Shown here piece after piece: positions 18,930 to 28,750 of a stretch of 64,000 nucleotides of DNA; within the stretch, counting starts at the first letter, position 1, and each line of letters starts with the position of its first letter. Below the pieces are notes generated by a model, which made no database searches, had not been told where the DNA came from, and saw only the letters and a list, made by a program, of their open reading frames with translations. The stretch is from Alphaproteobacteria bacterium (GTDB lineage: Bacteria; Pseudomonadota; Alphaproteobacteria; MPNO01). The stretch covers positions 2,336,001-2,400,000 of the forward strand of contig CBDFLJ010000002.1 in the NCBI GenBank assembly GCA_965248835.1, in the 5' to 3' direction. The translations under genes and the position numbers were made by a program.

Positions 18930-20847
18930 GAGACCGTTTGAGAAAGATCTCAATGGCTGGACGCCTCCATTTACCTCGCGAATTTTGCCTGGTTGTGATT
19001 CTCTACGGCGGTTCGGTTCGAGGAGGTATTGATGAGGCAGGCTGGTCTGTTCGGCTTACCGGATCATCTTCGGAAGCTATCGGCGACGGGTGATCCGTTG
19101 GAGGTGCTGGCGAAGGTCGTCGACTTCGAGATTTTCCGCGCGCCGCTTGAGGCGGCGCTGGGCTATTCGGACGGATCGAAAGGCGGCCGCCCGGCCTACG
19201 ATGCGGTGGCGATGTTCAAGGTACTGATCCTGGCCGCGCGGCACACGGTGAGCGACGAGCGGATGGAGTTTCTGATCCGCGACCGCTTGAGCTGGCTTCG
19301 CTTCCTGGGCTTCGATCTCGGAGCGCCGACGCCGGACCGCAACACCATATGGACCTTTCGCGAGCGTCTGGTCCGGGCCGGGGCGATGGATAAGCTGTTT
19401 GCCGCCTTCGATGGCGAACTGCGCCGGTGCGGCTATCTGGCGATGGGCGGGCAGATCGTCGATGCGACGTTGGTATCGGCGCCCAAGCAGCGCAACAGCG
19501 ACGACGAGAAGGCGGCGATCAAGGCAGGCAAGAGGGCATCCGAGATCTGGCCCGATCAGCCGGCCAAGGCGGCGCAGAAGGACACGGATGCGCGGTGGAC
19601 GGTGAAGACCGGGCGGCGCAAGAACCCCGCCGGGGCGCAACGGCGCATGCCCGACATCGCGATCCCGGTGTTCGGCTACAGCGAGCAGGACCGTCGCGCC
19701 AGTGGCGCGGCGTAAGCCCGCGCAGCCCATGTCGTCATCGATCGGGCCTACGGCTTCATCCGCAGCTCGGCAGTGACCGATGCCGCCCGCCATGACGGCA
19801 AGATGTTGCGTCATCTCGTCACCGGCGACAATCTGGCCGCCGGCGTGTGGGCCGACAGCGCCTATCGCTCGAAGGCCAACGAGGCGTGGCTGGCCGGCAA
19901 GGGTCGGGTCTCCCACATCCACCGCAAGAAGCCGCCGGGCCGGGCCATGCCCAAGGCGACCGCCCGGGCCAATGCCCGCAAGTCAGCGGTCCGTGCGCAT
20001 GTCGAGCACGTCTTCGCCCAGCAGAAGGATCGCATGGGCCTGTTCGTCCGTACCATCGGGCTCGAGCGGGCGGCGGCCAAGATCGGCCTCGCCAACCTGG
20101 CTTATAATTTCCAGCGTCTGATCTTCCATGAGCGCAGCGCCGCCATGGCATGAGTCCGCCCGAATAGCGCCAAAACCCTCCGCCGAGAACGAAACGGCGG
20201 ATGATTGCGGACGTCAACACCGCCGATCTCAGCGAAAGTCGGACAGCACACCGAAATCTTCGTCAAATCCCCCGGTTGTTAGAGGTCTCCGGCTGATTCT
20301 GCGGAACAGGAGGCTTCCGGCCGCAGCGATGTCCGCAATCCTGCTCGGCGGGCAACCACCGATATCGAAGATCGGACCACGCCGTAATACGCGGGCCGGG
20401 GCCGCATCGTCGTAGCCCCGCTTCGCCTTGGCCGCTTGCGCCTTGACCGTCTGGCTGTCGATGACCCCGGCGCTCGAGCCGGCCTTGCGGCCGGCGCGCT
20501 CGCGGTCGACCATCACGGTGATGTCACGGAGAGTGCGAAACAGCATCAGCCGCACGAAGCGGCGGAACCACCGGGACACCGTCTGCCAGGGCGGGAAGTC
20601 CTTCGGCAGCATGCGCCAGGCCCGTGCGGGTCATGCAGCGGATCGCGTTCGGCACCTCGCGCAGGTCGACGGTCGGCTTGCGGCCCCGCTGCGCCGGCCT
20701 GCGGCGGCTCGACGAAATCGGTCAGACCGCTCGGATAGCGCTTCGTCTTCCGCGCGGCGGCCATGCGGCCTCGCGTCTGCCGCGTCGACATGCACGGGGG
20801 GAATCACCAGACCGGGCCGAGCGGAACACCCTTTCTCAAACGGTCTC
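18930..20847 (-). mobile_element. Outer IS5-family (IS1031-like) element, decayed, containing a nested IS
   Basis: 16-bp terminal inverted repeats GAGACCGTTTGAGAAA (18930-18945, 20832-20847); flanking CAA duplication; remnant MLPKDFPPWQTV...VIDSQTVK. Confidence 0.8.
18959..20290 (+). mobile_element. Inner IS5-subgroup element; transposase 19029-20153 interrupted by an in-frame hairpin insertion with a stop
   Basis: GGRP, DRLSW, IVDAT, DTDARW, WADSAY and VEHVFA motifs; imperfect inverted repeats and GGCT duplication on both sides. Confidence 0.88.
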
Positions 20848-20903
20848 CAAGGCGTCGCGGTCGCGCCCGATCCGGTCTGCCGGGCAACTGTGAGCCGACC
20901 GGC

Positions 20904-21923
20904 CTACCGCGTCGCCTCGGCCGCGGCCTTCACCAGGGCGTACATCTCCCGCGTCTTGGGGTTCCCGCTCAGCAGCCGGTCGCCGAGCGGCTTCGCCCGG
21001 CGGAAGAATTCCTGGTGCTCGGCCGCCGACAGCCGATTGACCTCGCCGCCGTTTTCGATCCAGAGCTTCTCCCACTTCGCGGTAATCTCGACCGCGCTCT
21101 TGAGCGAGTCCTCGGTGATCGCCAGCCCGGTGGCATAGACCGCCGCTCTGAGGTCTTCGGGCAGCTTGTTGAGCCACACCTTGCTCGTCCACATCGCGGT
21201 CACGACGTGGCTCGAATGGATCAGAATCAGATGCTTGGCGACGGTGAAGAACTTCGACGGGCCCATGACGATGACCGCGCTGCGGGCGCCGTCGATGGTC
21301 CGCCGCTGGATCGACGGCAGGACCTCCGAATAGGGGATCGGCACACCGGTGACGCCGAACTCCTTCATCAACTCGATCTCCATCTTGGTCGCGAGCACGC
21401 GGATTTTCTTGCCGCGCATGTCGGCCAGCGATCGGATCGGAACGCGCGAGGCGATCGAGGTGTTGGCGACGCCCCAGATATAGGTCCCGACAATCCCGGC
21501 CCGCTCGGCCAGGGTGAGGAATTTTCCGCGCACGCTCGGGTGGTTGATCACCCGATGGACATGCGGGATCGAGTCGAACAGACCCGGCGCGTCCGGCACC
21601 TGGAAGGCCTGGTCGATGCCGACGAAGAACCCCGGCGGCGACAGGAACGCCTCCTGGGTGCCGAGCTGGATCCCCTCGATCTGACGCGGGATCTTGCCGA
21701 GCTGCGCCGCCGGGAAGATCCGCGCGGTGAGCCGGCCGCCGCTGCGTTTCTTGATCTCGGCCGCGAACAGTTTCGCCGAGGCATGCTGGGAATCGTTGAT
21801 CGTAACGAAGCCGATCTTCATATCGTGGCTTTGCGCCGCCGCCGTCCGATCCGCGGCGAGCGACGCGCACACGCCGATGCCCAGCATGGCCGTCAAGGTG
21901 GTCCGTCCAGCTTTCCCGATCAT
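20904..21923 (-). CDS. dctP: TRAP transporter substrate-binding protein (no permease genes adjacent)
   Basis: Signal peptide; IFPAAQLG, DMRGKKIRV, SEVLPSIQ..IDG. Confidence 0.9.
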   Translation of the reverse strand: MIGKAGRTTLTAMLGIGVCASLAADRTAAAQSHDMKIGFVTINDSQHASAKLFAAEIKKRSGGRLTARIFPAAQLGKIPRQIEGIQLGTQEAFLSPPGFFVGIDQAFQVPDAPGLFDSIPHVHRVINHPSVRGKFLTLAERAGIVGTYIWGVANTSIASRVPIRSLADMRGKKIRVLATKMEIELMKEFGVTGVPIPYSEVLPSIQRRTIDGARSAVIVMGPSKFFTVAKHLILIHSSHVVTAMWTSKVWLNKLPEDLRAAVYATGLAITEDSLKSAVEITAKWEKLWIENGGEVNRLSAAEHQEFFRRAKPLGDRLLSGNPKTREMYALVKAAAEATR

Positions 21924-22063
21924 GGTCTTGCTTCCCCGTAAAATTCGGCTTGTCCGATTGCCGGCATTTTCGATCCCGGCCGGTTTGGCGGGCGGCGGAA
22001 CGCGGCGCCGAACCGCCCAGAACATATGCTCCATCCCAGCACTTAGTAACCGTCCGGTCTCAT

Positions 22064-22114
22064 TTTTCCGGCCCGGATTTTCCGGCCCGGATTTTCCGGC
22101 CGAGATTTCCCGGC
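22064..22114. repeat. 14-bp tandem repeat TTTTCCGGCCCGGA, about 3.6 copies
   Basis: Units start at 22064, 22078, 22092 and 22106 with progressive decay. Confidence 0.85.
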
Positions 22115-22376
22115 TAAGGGCCGTCCCGGTCACCGAGCTTGACTCGAAACGGCTCGAACCGCAATCGCCATGAGCGTGTTGGGCGGGGCACGCAGATCGT
22201 CGCGCCGCTGAGCCGCAGCGGCGCGGAATACGCCGACCCGCGCGATGAACGGAGCCAGGCGGCCGTCGAGGCGCGCCGGCGGCCGCGACGGTCGACGGTT
22301 GTGGATGCCCATCCTGTGGGCGATCGAAGAGCGGCTGGGGAAGCGTGGCGGCGAGCCGGCGCATTGAGGCCGGTAC

Positions 22377-22427
22377 ACCGGGGGTGGCCTAGACCGGGGG
22401 TAGACCGGGGGTTGCCTAGACCGGGGA
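22377..22427. repeat. (TAG)ACCGGGG repeat x4
   Basis: Four G-tracts separated by short loops. Confidence 0.75.
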
Positions 22428-22489
22428 GTTCACGGCAACGGGTTGAATGGGAGAGGGGCGGTCACCGACCGCCTCTCGATCGACGACAT

Positions 22490-22699
22490 TCATTCAATGA
22501 TCGTCAGGTTCTCCGCAGACGACTTTCCATTGCGGCCCTGAACCAGCTCGAAGGAAACTTCCTGCCCTTCGTTGAGGCCGGTAAGGCCCGCGCGCTCAAC
22601 GGCACTGATGTGCACGAACGCGTCCTGTGAACCGTCGTTGGGCGCGATGAAGCCGAAACCCTTGGCCGAATTGAACCACTTGACAGTACCTTTGGTCAT
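22490..22699 (-). CDS. cspA: Cold-shock protein
   Basis: GTVKWFN, KGFGFI (RNP1), AFVHIS (RNP2). Confidence 0.97.
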   Translation of the reverse strand: MTKGTVKWFNSAKGFGFIAPNDGSQDAFVHISAVERAGLTGLNEGQEVSFELVQGRNGKSSAENLTIIE

Positions 22700-23015
22700 G
22701 ATTTTGTCCTTTAACGACAGTGTATGTGGGGCGCCGCTCGATGCGGGCGCTCCTGGTTTTGTTCACAATGTCGTGGAAGGTGACTTGGCTAACCGTCGAA
22801 ACAGTCCATCACGAGCGCAACAACGACCTCATAAACTGCCCGTGACTACACTGTCCCGGCGCCGGAGTCAACCGACCAAAGGGTCGGGCGCTGCACAGAG
22901 CGGCGAACGTCCTGCCCCCTCCCCCGGCGCGCCGGCCGGCCGGCGGCCGAGCCTATGGGCAGGAAATCGATCGAAAATGCCCTTATCCACAGCGGATTTT
23001 ATGGGAAAACTCCCT

Positions 23016-23048
23016 TTGACGCGGGGCATTCGTCTATCATATTGATAG
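23016..23048 (+). promoter_or_regulatory. Putative promoter with operator palindrome CTATCA-TAT-TGATAG
   Basis: TTGACG at 23016-23021; palindrome at 23034-23048 over the -10 region. Confidence 0.55.
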
Positions 23049-23116
23049 GTTCCTGGCGGGCGGCGGCCAGAATTGCCGGTCCGATCCGTGCGCAACCTGG
23101 CGTCGGAGGACCTGAA

Positions 23117-23662
23117 ATGAGCGAAGGCGCTCAAGCGCTCCGGTTGCGAAACACGGAAGAGGCCGTCCCGGCGCCCTATCACTACACCGCTTGCGGCCTG
23201 GACAACATCTACCTGCTGAGCGGCTACGCGCTGCATCGGACGCCTTACGGGCCGGGCGTGTCCGTCAAGGACGCGGACGGGCTCCACCGAGCCATCGGCC
23301 TCAGCCTGGCCGAACGCAAGAAGGTCCTGCAGCCGAAGGAGCTGAAGTGGCTCCGCAGGCACCTGGATCTGACCCAGTCCGAGCTCGCGCGCCTGTTGGG
23401 CTGCGACTCCCAGACGGTCGCGCGATGGGAGAAGGGCCACAGCAAGGCGCCCGGCTCGGCCGAACGCCTCATCCGCCTGCTATACGTCAACAAAGCCAGG
23501 ACCCGGCCGGACCTCCGCACGCTTCTGGAAGGCCTGGACGCCTCGGACGATGTCGTCGAGGCCGAGCGGCCGTTCGAAGCGGCGCCCGACGGCTGGCGAA
23601 TGGCCCGGGGCGCAAGCACCATGCGGCCCGGTTCCGGGCCAATGGGCGGCTTCCCGGGATGA
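23117..23662 (+). CDS. XRE/MqsA-like HTH antitoxin or regulator
   Basis: YHYTACGLDNIYL and LTQSELARLLGCDSQTVARWEKG. Confidence 0.85.
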   Translation: MSEGAQALRLRNTEEAVPAPYHYTACGLDNIYLLSGYALHRTPYGPGVSVKDADGLHRAIGLSLAERKKVLQPKELKWLRRHLDLTQSELARLLGCDSQTVARWEKGHSKAPGSAERLIRLLYVNKARTRPDLRTLLEGLDASDDVVEAERPFEAAPDGWRMARGASTMRPGSGPMGGFPG

Positions 23663-23739
23663 CGCTCGGCCGGCACGCGGTGGCGGCGTCCGAGACCGCG
23701 CGGCGCCGCGCCATGGCACCGATTTCCGAGGCCGAGGGC

Positions 23740-23847
23740 GGGAGCGATCCAGCCGCCCCGCGCGCGGTCCAGATCGTTCCCGACCTGCCGGCCGCCGCGA
23801 CCGGCAAGATCCTGCGCCGCGCGCTTCACACCCTCGAAGCGGGGTGA
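23740..23847 (+). pseudogene. C-terminal remnant of an AMP-binding (acyl-CoA synthetase) enzyme
   Basis: PRAVQIVPDLP..ATGKILRRAL (A10 motif). Confidence 0.65.
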
Positions 23848-23850
23848 AGG

Positions 23851-24459
23851 GTGGAGCTCTACGTCACCCCGACCTCGCCCTACGCCCGGCTGGCGATGAT
23901 CGCGCGGCTGGAGAAGGGGCTCGATGAGGTCGCGCTCGTTTGGACGCGCACCAGGGTACCCGACCACCCGATGCTCGCGTTCAACCCGTCGGGGCGCGTC
24001 CCGTTCCTCCGCCTCGACGACGGGACCGGCTTCGAGGACACCGACGTCATCGTCGAATATCTCGACGCGCTCGCGCCGCCGCACCGGTTCGCGCCGCCCG
24101 CGGGCGAGGCCTACTGGCCGTTTCGACGGCTTCAGGCAACGGCGCGGAGCATGCTGGACGGTGTCTCGCTGTGGGCGCGCGAGACCCTGCGCCCCGACGG
24201 CGAGCGGTCGGACCCGATCGCCGAACACGAGCGCCGCCGCGCCGCCCGCCTCGCCGATACGTTCGAGGCCGAAATCGGGGCGCCGGCTTTCGGCGGCCCG
24301 CTCAACATGGTCCAGATGCTCCTGTTCTGCACCCTCGATGTGGAACGCCGCCTGCCGGACTTCGATTGGCGCCCCGGCCGCCCCGGCCTCGCCGGATGGC
24401 ACGCGCGCATCGCGGCGATGCCGGCGGTGGCCGGCTCCCTCCCGCCGCCCGGGGTGTGA
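23851..24459 (+). CDS. Glutathione S-transferase family protein
   Basis: TSPYAR, NPSGRVP.L, DT.VIVEYLD. Confidence 0.9.
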   Translation: MELYVTPTSPYARLAMIARLEKGLDEVALVWTRTRVPDHPMLAFNPSGRVPFLRLDDGTGFEDTDVIVEYLDALAPPHRFAPPAGEAYWPFRRLQATARSMLDGVSLWARETLRPDGERSDPIAEHERRRAARLADTFEAEIGAPAFGGPLNMVQMLLFCTLDVERRLPDFDWRPGRPGLAGWHARIAAMPAVAGSLPPPGV

Positions 24460-24804
24460 GGGGTGGACGGGCGCCGCCGCGTATCGAAGCCCCCTGCCCC
24501 ATCCGCCTCCCGGCGGCAGAACGAGGCGCCGCGCTCCCGCTCGAACAAGGCGCGTGATCGCGGCAAAAGCGACCTGGGAAGTCTTGCAAATCATCTATCC
24601 CGTTCATCCGGGCATGGCCCGCGAATTCCGTGAGGGAGGCGCGAACTTCCTCCGGAAGCGGACGATGCCCGGTGATCGGATCATCAATTTCGATGATCGC
24701 CGGCCGGCGGCCGGACCCGTCAGCGGGTCCCGCACCGCCTGCGCATCGTGCGGGCCGATGATTTCGCAACAGCAGGTTTCGCGATACCGGCTCTGGTCGA
24801 TCTC

Positions 24805-27546
24805 TTAATGGCGGGCGGCTGTAGAAAGGCGTCGGAACTCCGGAGAGTCAACAAGAGTCCCTGCAACGGACCGGATTCGATCCAGTGCGTCCGTCAGATC
24901 ATGGGGAATCACCGCTGCCTCCGATGTTCCCACAGTCAAGTCGAGCAGCCGCAAGAGCGCGCTCGCCTTGACCTCATCATCGATGATGGAAAGTTTCGTT
25001 TCCCCATCGTCTTTGCCATAGAGGCCATAGTCGCGCATCGACGGGCAATCGAAAGGCAGGAGGAAGCGCTCGACCGCCCTGACGGCGTCAGCGAAAGCCT
25101 CTCTCGATGTCGCGGGTAACTTCGCGAAGGTACGCCTAACGCCCGGGGTAGCCAAAGAACGCTCCTGAGGCCACACCTGTCGAAGAAAGGGTGCGGCGGC
25201 GGATAGGAACAGCTCTGCCGCCGTCGGCGGCGTTTGGTTGTTGGCCGTCTCTTGCGAATTGTTATGAACGTAGCGTTGGATGGCGCCCGCCGCGGTTGCC
25301 CGATGCTCGTCATCGAGGGACCGCAGCATTTGCTGGATGCGAGGATTGGGCACCGCCGGCTCGCGGGTCTCGCGAAAGGCGCGCAAGGATTCGACAACCA
25401 GGCTGAACACCAGACGCTGCCGCGTTGCTCGCCGTATGCTCTCATCCGTTGCCCTTTTGGCCATCTCATCCCCGATGATCTTCAGGACATCGGTGGATTG
25501 ATTAGGCCGTCGAGCGATGGCGTCCCACAGGTCACGGGATGCGTCGTCGTCTACACGCAGAGGAGCGATCAAATGCTCCTCGGTCCAGTCGCGATCAGAC
25601 CTCCGAAAATACCGCAGGCCTTCGATCATCCGATGCCGCGCAATCAAACCGCTTCTGCCGGTGGCACCGACGACGGCGTCCCGCATTTGGCGCAGGTCGC
25701 TTCCGACGGCAAAGGGCTCAGCTACGTCCTTGAGCGAAGGACAAGAGGACAAGAATACTTCGACAAGTTTTCCCGAGGGATTATTGAGCGTATCGAGAGC
25801 CATGGGTTCCTGACCCTCATCCACGGAGTAGGGAAACTCGATCGATCCGGCATCCTCTTCCGGTTGCCGCCCGGTGTTGGTCGCTTCGACGGCGATCGGC
25901 CAGATCCGTAGCCACACCCCCGAGCCCGAGGGCGATGCAATGACCTGATTACCCCAGCTCCTCAGCCACTGGCTGATCCCTTCGATAGCGGCCGATAATG
26001 TTCCGTCGGACAGTTTTTCCAACAGGCGCAGAACCCGTTCCGCCTCGCCGTGCAAGTCGTGCTGTAGATCGTCCCCCGCCCCCGGCGGTTCGGGCGCATG
26101 CGCCTGACCAAAGAATTTCCATACGCTCGGGAACGTGTCGCCGCCATTCTCGACAGCTTCCAGATCGTCGAGGACGAGGGTCGTGTTCCCCGGTCGTCGG
26201 AGCCATTCGTCCGCGCGTGTTGCGGGGCCGCCGTACCAGATATCCGGATCACTGGACAAATCCGCTTCCAGGGCGCTCAATCGTGCGCTGCCTTGAAGCG
26301 CGTCGTATTGGTCATCGGGTCCGGGAGGGACGTAAGGAACCATGCGTGCTCCGGGAAATCCGTCATCGATCTTCATCTCGGCAAGTTCGCTAAACAGCCC
26401 AATTCTGCTCTCCAGCCATGAGCGCGCATCGGGCGGTAGATCGCCCCCGGCAACCTCGATCCGCTTGAGCTCCCGAGCAGCCCAATAGAGGCGGGCGTTC
26501 TTCACTTGGGCGGCATCCACCTTCCTCGGCCAATGATTACGCGGCGGGAGTTTGCGAAGCCGCGCGGCGATCGCTCTTTGGGTTTCTCTATCGAGCTCGC
26601 CAAAACGTAATGCCCGAAGCTCGGCAATTTCCGGAAATTCACGCAAGCCCCAGAAGTGACAATCATCGAGATCGGTAAGAAACACACCCACAACTTCGGC
26701 TGAAACCAGGCAAGAATTCAATGCGACCGCCGCCCACAGCCGGGTATGGATGGGAGAAGACCGCAAACGCCAGCGTTGAACGACGGGCAGCGCAACCCCG
26801 GGGTCCAACTCGATAATGCGCGCCACAACGGCGTGGAGCAGTTTGACTGCGGGGGCGATGCCGTCATGCCAGGCGTCGACCTCACCCTCTCTATCCGCTC
26901 TTGGGGCGGATTGTGTGTAGGACACCCGGAACAAAGAGCCCAACCGCCCAGGCTGCGATTTCCCATCCCAGCCAACCCGACGGGCGATGTCCAGGCCGTG
27001 ATTAACGGCTGCCTCGAGCGCGTTCGCCAAAGCGGACAGAAAGGGGGTTTCTTTGAGTTGCGCCAGCTCCAGAACATTCGGATCAATGAGATCGCCACTC
27101 GTCAGGCTCGCCAACAACAGCTCATCGAACGTGCTGGGGCGGCGCGGCTTCTTTTGGAGCAGCCATCGGAAGGCACTCATCGGCTCAACTTTCAAACGCG
27201 GCGCCACGAGGTTCGCGATTGCGGACACGATCGCGCCGGAACGGTCTCCGTGACGAAGGCGCTCTTGGATGCGGTAGATCGCCGTTGAGGGGCCTTCCTC
27301 GACGGTGACCTGGAACCAACTCTCTTCGATCAGGCGCCACGCGCTTGCCCAGGGCTCATCGAGCGCCGACCCTTCGGGCCTGTTCAACAACTCGGCGACC
27401 GCCATCCGTTCAATATGCCGATCAGGTTTCAACCCCAGTGCCCACTCGATCGTATCGGACTCGGCCAAGCGTTTTTCCAAGAAAGCGACCGTTGCCCGAA
27501 ACATGGCGCGATCGTTGCCGTCGAGGGTCGCCCAGGGAGGAATCAC
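24805..27546 (-). CDS. Large (about 913 aa) protein of unknown function coupled to the SIR2 gene; possibly equivalent to a Dsr1-like C-terminal region
   Basis: Long open frame, Trp-rich and probably helical; GTG at 27546 overlaps the SIR2 stop (GTGA). Confidence 0.8.
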   Translation of the reverse strand: MIPPWATLDGNDRAMFRATVAFLEKRLAESDTIEWALGLKPDRHIERMAVAELLNRPEGSALDEPWASAWRLIEESWFQVTVEEGPSTAIYRIQERLRHGDRSGAIVSAIANLVAPRLKVEPMSAFRWLLQKKPRRPSTFDELLLASLTSGDLIDPNVLELAQLKETPFLSALANALEAAVNHGLDIARRVGWDGKSQPGRLGSLFRVSYTQSAPRADREGEVDAWHDGIAPAVKLLHAVVARIIELDPGVALPVVQRWRLRSSPIHTRLWAAVALNSCLVSAEVVGVFLTDLDDCHFWGLREFPEIAELRALRFGELDRETQRAIAARLRKLPPRNHWPRKVDAAQVKNARLYWAARELKRIEVAGGDLPPDARSWLESRIGLFSELAEMKIDDGFPGARMVPYVPPGPDDQYDALQGSARLSALEADLSSDPDIWYGGPATRADEWLRRPGNTTLVLDDLEAVENGGDTFPSVWKFFGQAHAPEPPGAGDDLQHDLHGEAERVLRLLEKLSDGTLSAAIEGISQWLRSWGNQVIASPSGSGVWLRIWPIAVEATNTGRQPEEDAGSIEFPYSVDEGQEPMALDTLNNPSGKLVEVFLSSCPSLKDVAEPFAVGSDLRQMRDAVVGATGRSGLIARHRMIEGLRYFRRSDRDWTEEHLIAPLRVDDDASRDLWDAIARRPNQSTDVLKIIGDEMAKRATDESIRRATRQRLVFSLVVESLRAFRETREPAVPNPRIQQMLRSLDDEHRATAAGAIQRYVHNNSQETANNQTPPTAAELFLSAAAPFLRQVWPQERSLATPGVRRTFAKLPATSREAFADAVRAVERFLLPFDCPSMRDYGLYGKDDGETKLSIIDDEVKASALLRLLDLTVGTSEAAVIPHDLTDALDRIRSVAGTLVDSPEFRRLSTAARH

Positions 27547-28745
27547 GATTTGCGCCCCCGATCTTTCTCCCTGTATATCCCCACGATGGCGTCGAGCCAC
27601 CCCGGATCGGCTCTTGCGTCGGACGCCAACGCCGACAATCGAACGCGCTCGTTGGCGTTGCTCCTCCTGAGCAGGTGATCGAACAGGTCGCGGTCCGCGT
27701 CGGACGCGGCGGATCTGGCAGTTTTCACGATTCGCTGGATCTCCTTCTCGATCGCTTTCGTTTTTCCGTTAAAGGCCGAAAGCTCAGCCCACCGTTCCAG
27801 CGTCTGGTTTAGTGCGGCGTGATCGTTCCTGGACTCATAGTGGATCGGAGTGATCCCGCGTGATTTCCAATCCTCCAGAGCCACCGGGTCAGGACATTTG
27901 GCGCCGTGGAAGGTGAACCGCTCCTTGAGGTCGTCAAAACGAGATCCGTCCGCCGCAACGGCGTTCAAGAGATATCGCATCGGCGGGTCGTTGGCGCTGT
28001 AGCCGACCAGGACGAGGTGAAACAGGCGCGCGGCGTCATGGATGAAATCCGGGACGACCCGCCGCCGCAGGTAGTATTCGCCGAAATCCTGGTCGGAGAG
28101 AACGAGTTCCGAGAACCGACGCGGGTTTGTGTCCAACGCCCCGTGGATATGGAGCACGCCGGCGAACTCATTCCGTCGCGTCGGGCGCGGGATCGAGCCC
28201 AGCGAATAGGTCTCGACCGGGGGCCGAAGACGTTTCCCGGCGGCTTCGAGCAGGACGTCGAAGTTGGTCGTGACAATCGTCACCGCGCCGCCGCGGTCGG
28301 CGAGGCGCATGAGTGTGCGATGGATGGCCGCCGGCTTGTTTCCTTTGGCTCGCAGGAGTTTAACCACACATTGTCTTACGCTGCTGTCGTCTCGTGTCCG
28401 GTCGTCCAGGCGGCGTTCCAGCATGCCCAGCACGACATCGTAATCGCCAGCAATGAAACGCCTTACCTCCGCCGCTTGGCCATTGGTAAGACCCGAGCAA
28501 TCGGCTTGCCACAGGTTGCGGGCGTCACGCGGCAGACGGGACATGTCTTCGTGAACGGCTGGATCGAGCGCTTGATAAACATCGAGTACCAGTTCACGGA
28601 AAAGCGGCAGACCTGCCGGCTTCGAAATGCCGGCGCCGCAGATGAAGAGCACCTCGCCCCGCGCATGCGCCAGCAACAGGCGTTCCGGGATGGGCGGCAA
28701 GCCGGCGCCGAGCATGACGTGGCGGTCTTCGATGTCCGCTGCCAT
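27543..28745 (-). CDS. SIR2-like (defence-associated sirtuin NADase) protein
   Basis: ICGAGIS.PAGLP.F, TTNFD, HIHG and LVGYS motifs; PERLLLAHARGEV resembles the Dsr1-type N-terminus. Confidence 0.9.
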   Translation of the reverse strand: MAADIEDRHVMLGAGLPPIPERLLLAHARGEVLFICGAGISKPAGLPLFRELVLDVYQALDPAVHEDMSRLPRDARNLWQADCSGLTNGQAAEVRRFIAGDYDVVLGMLERRLDDRTRDDSSVRQCVVKLLRAKGNKPAAIHRTLMRLADRGGAVTIVTTNFDVLLEAAGKRLRPPVETYSLGSIPRPTRRNEFAGVLHIHGALDTNPRRFSELVLSDQDFGEYYLRRRVVPDFIHDAARLFHLVLVGYSANDPPMRYLLNAVAADGSRFDDLKERFTFHGAKCPDPVALEDWKSRGITPIHYESRNDHAALNQTLERWAELSAFNGKTKAIEKEIQRIVKTARSAASDADRDLFDHLLRRSNANERVRLSALASDARADPGWLDAIVGIYREKDRGRKS

Positions 28746-28750
28746 GCGGC

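Noticed and set aside
22064-22427. Short repeats as a possible CRISPR array
   Set aside because: Units are 11-16 bp without unique spacers, and there are no cas genes
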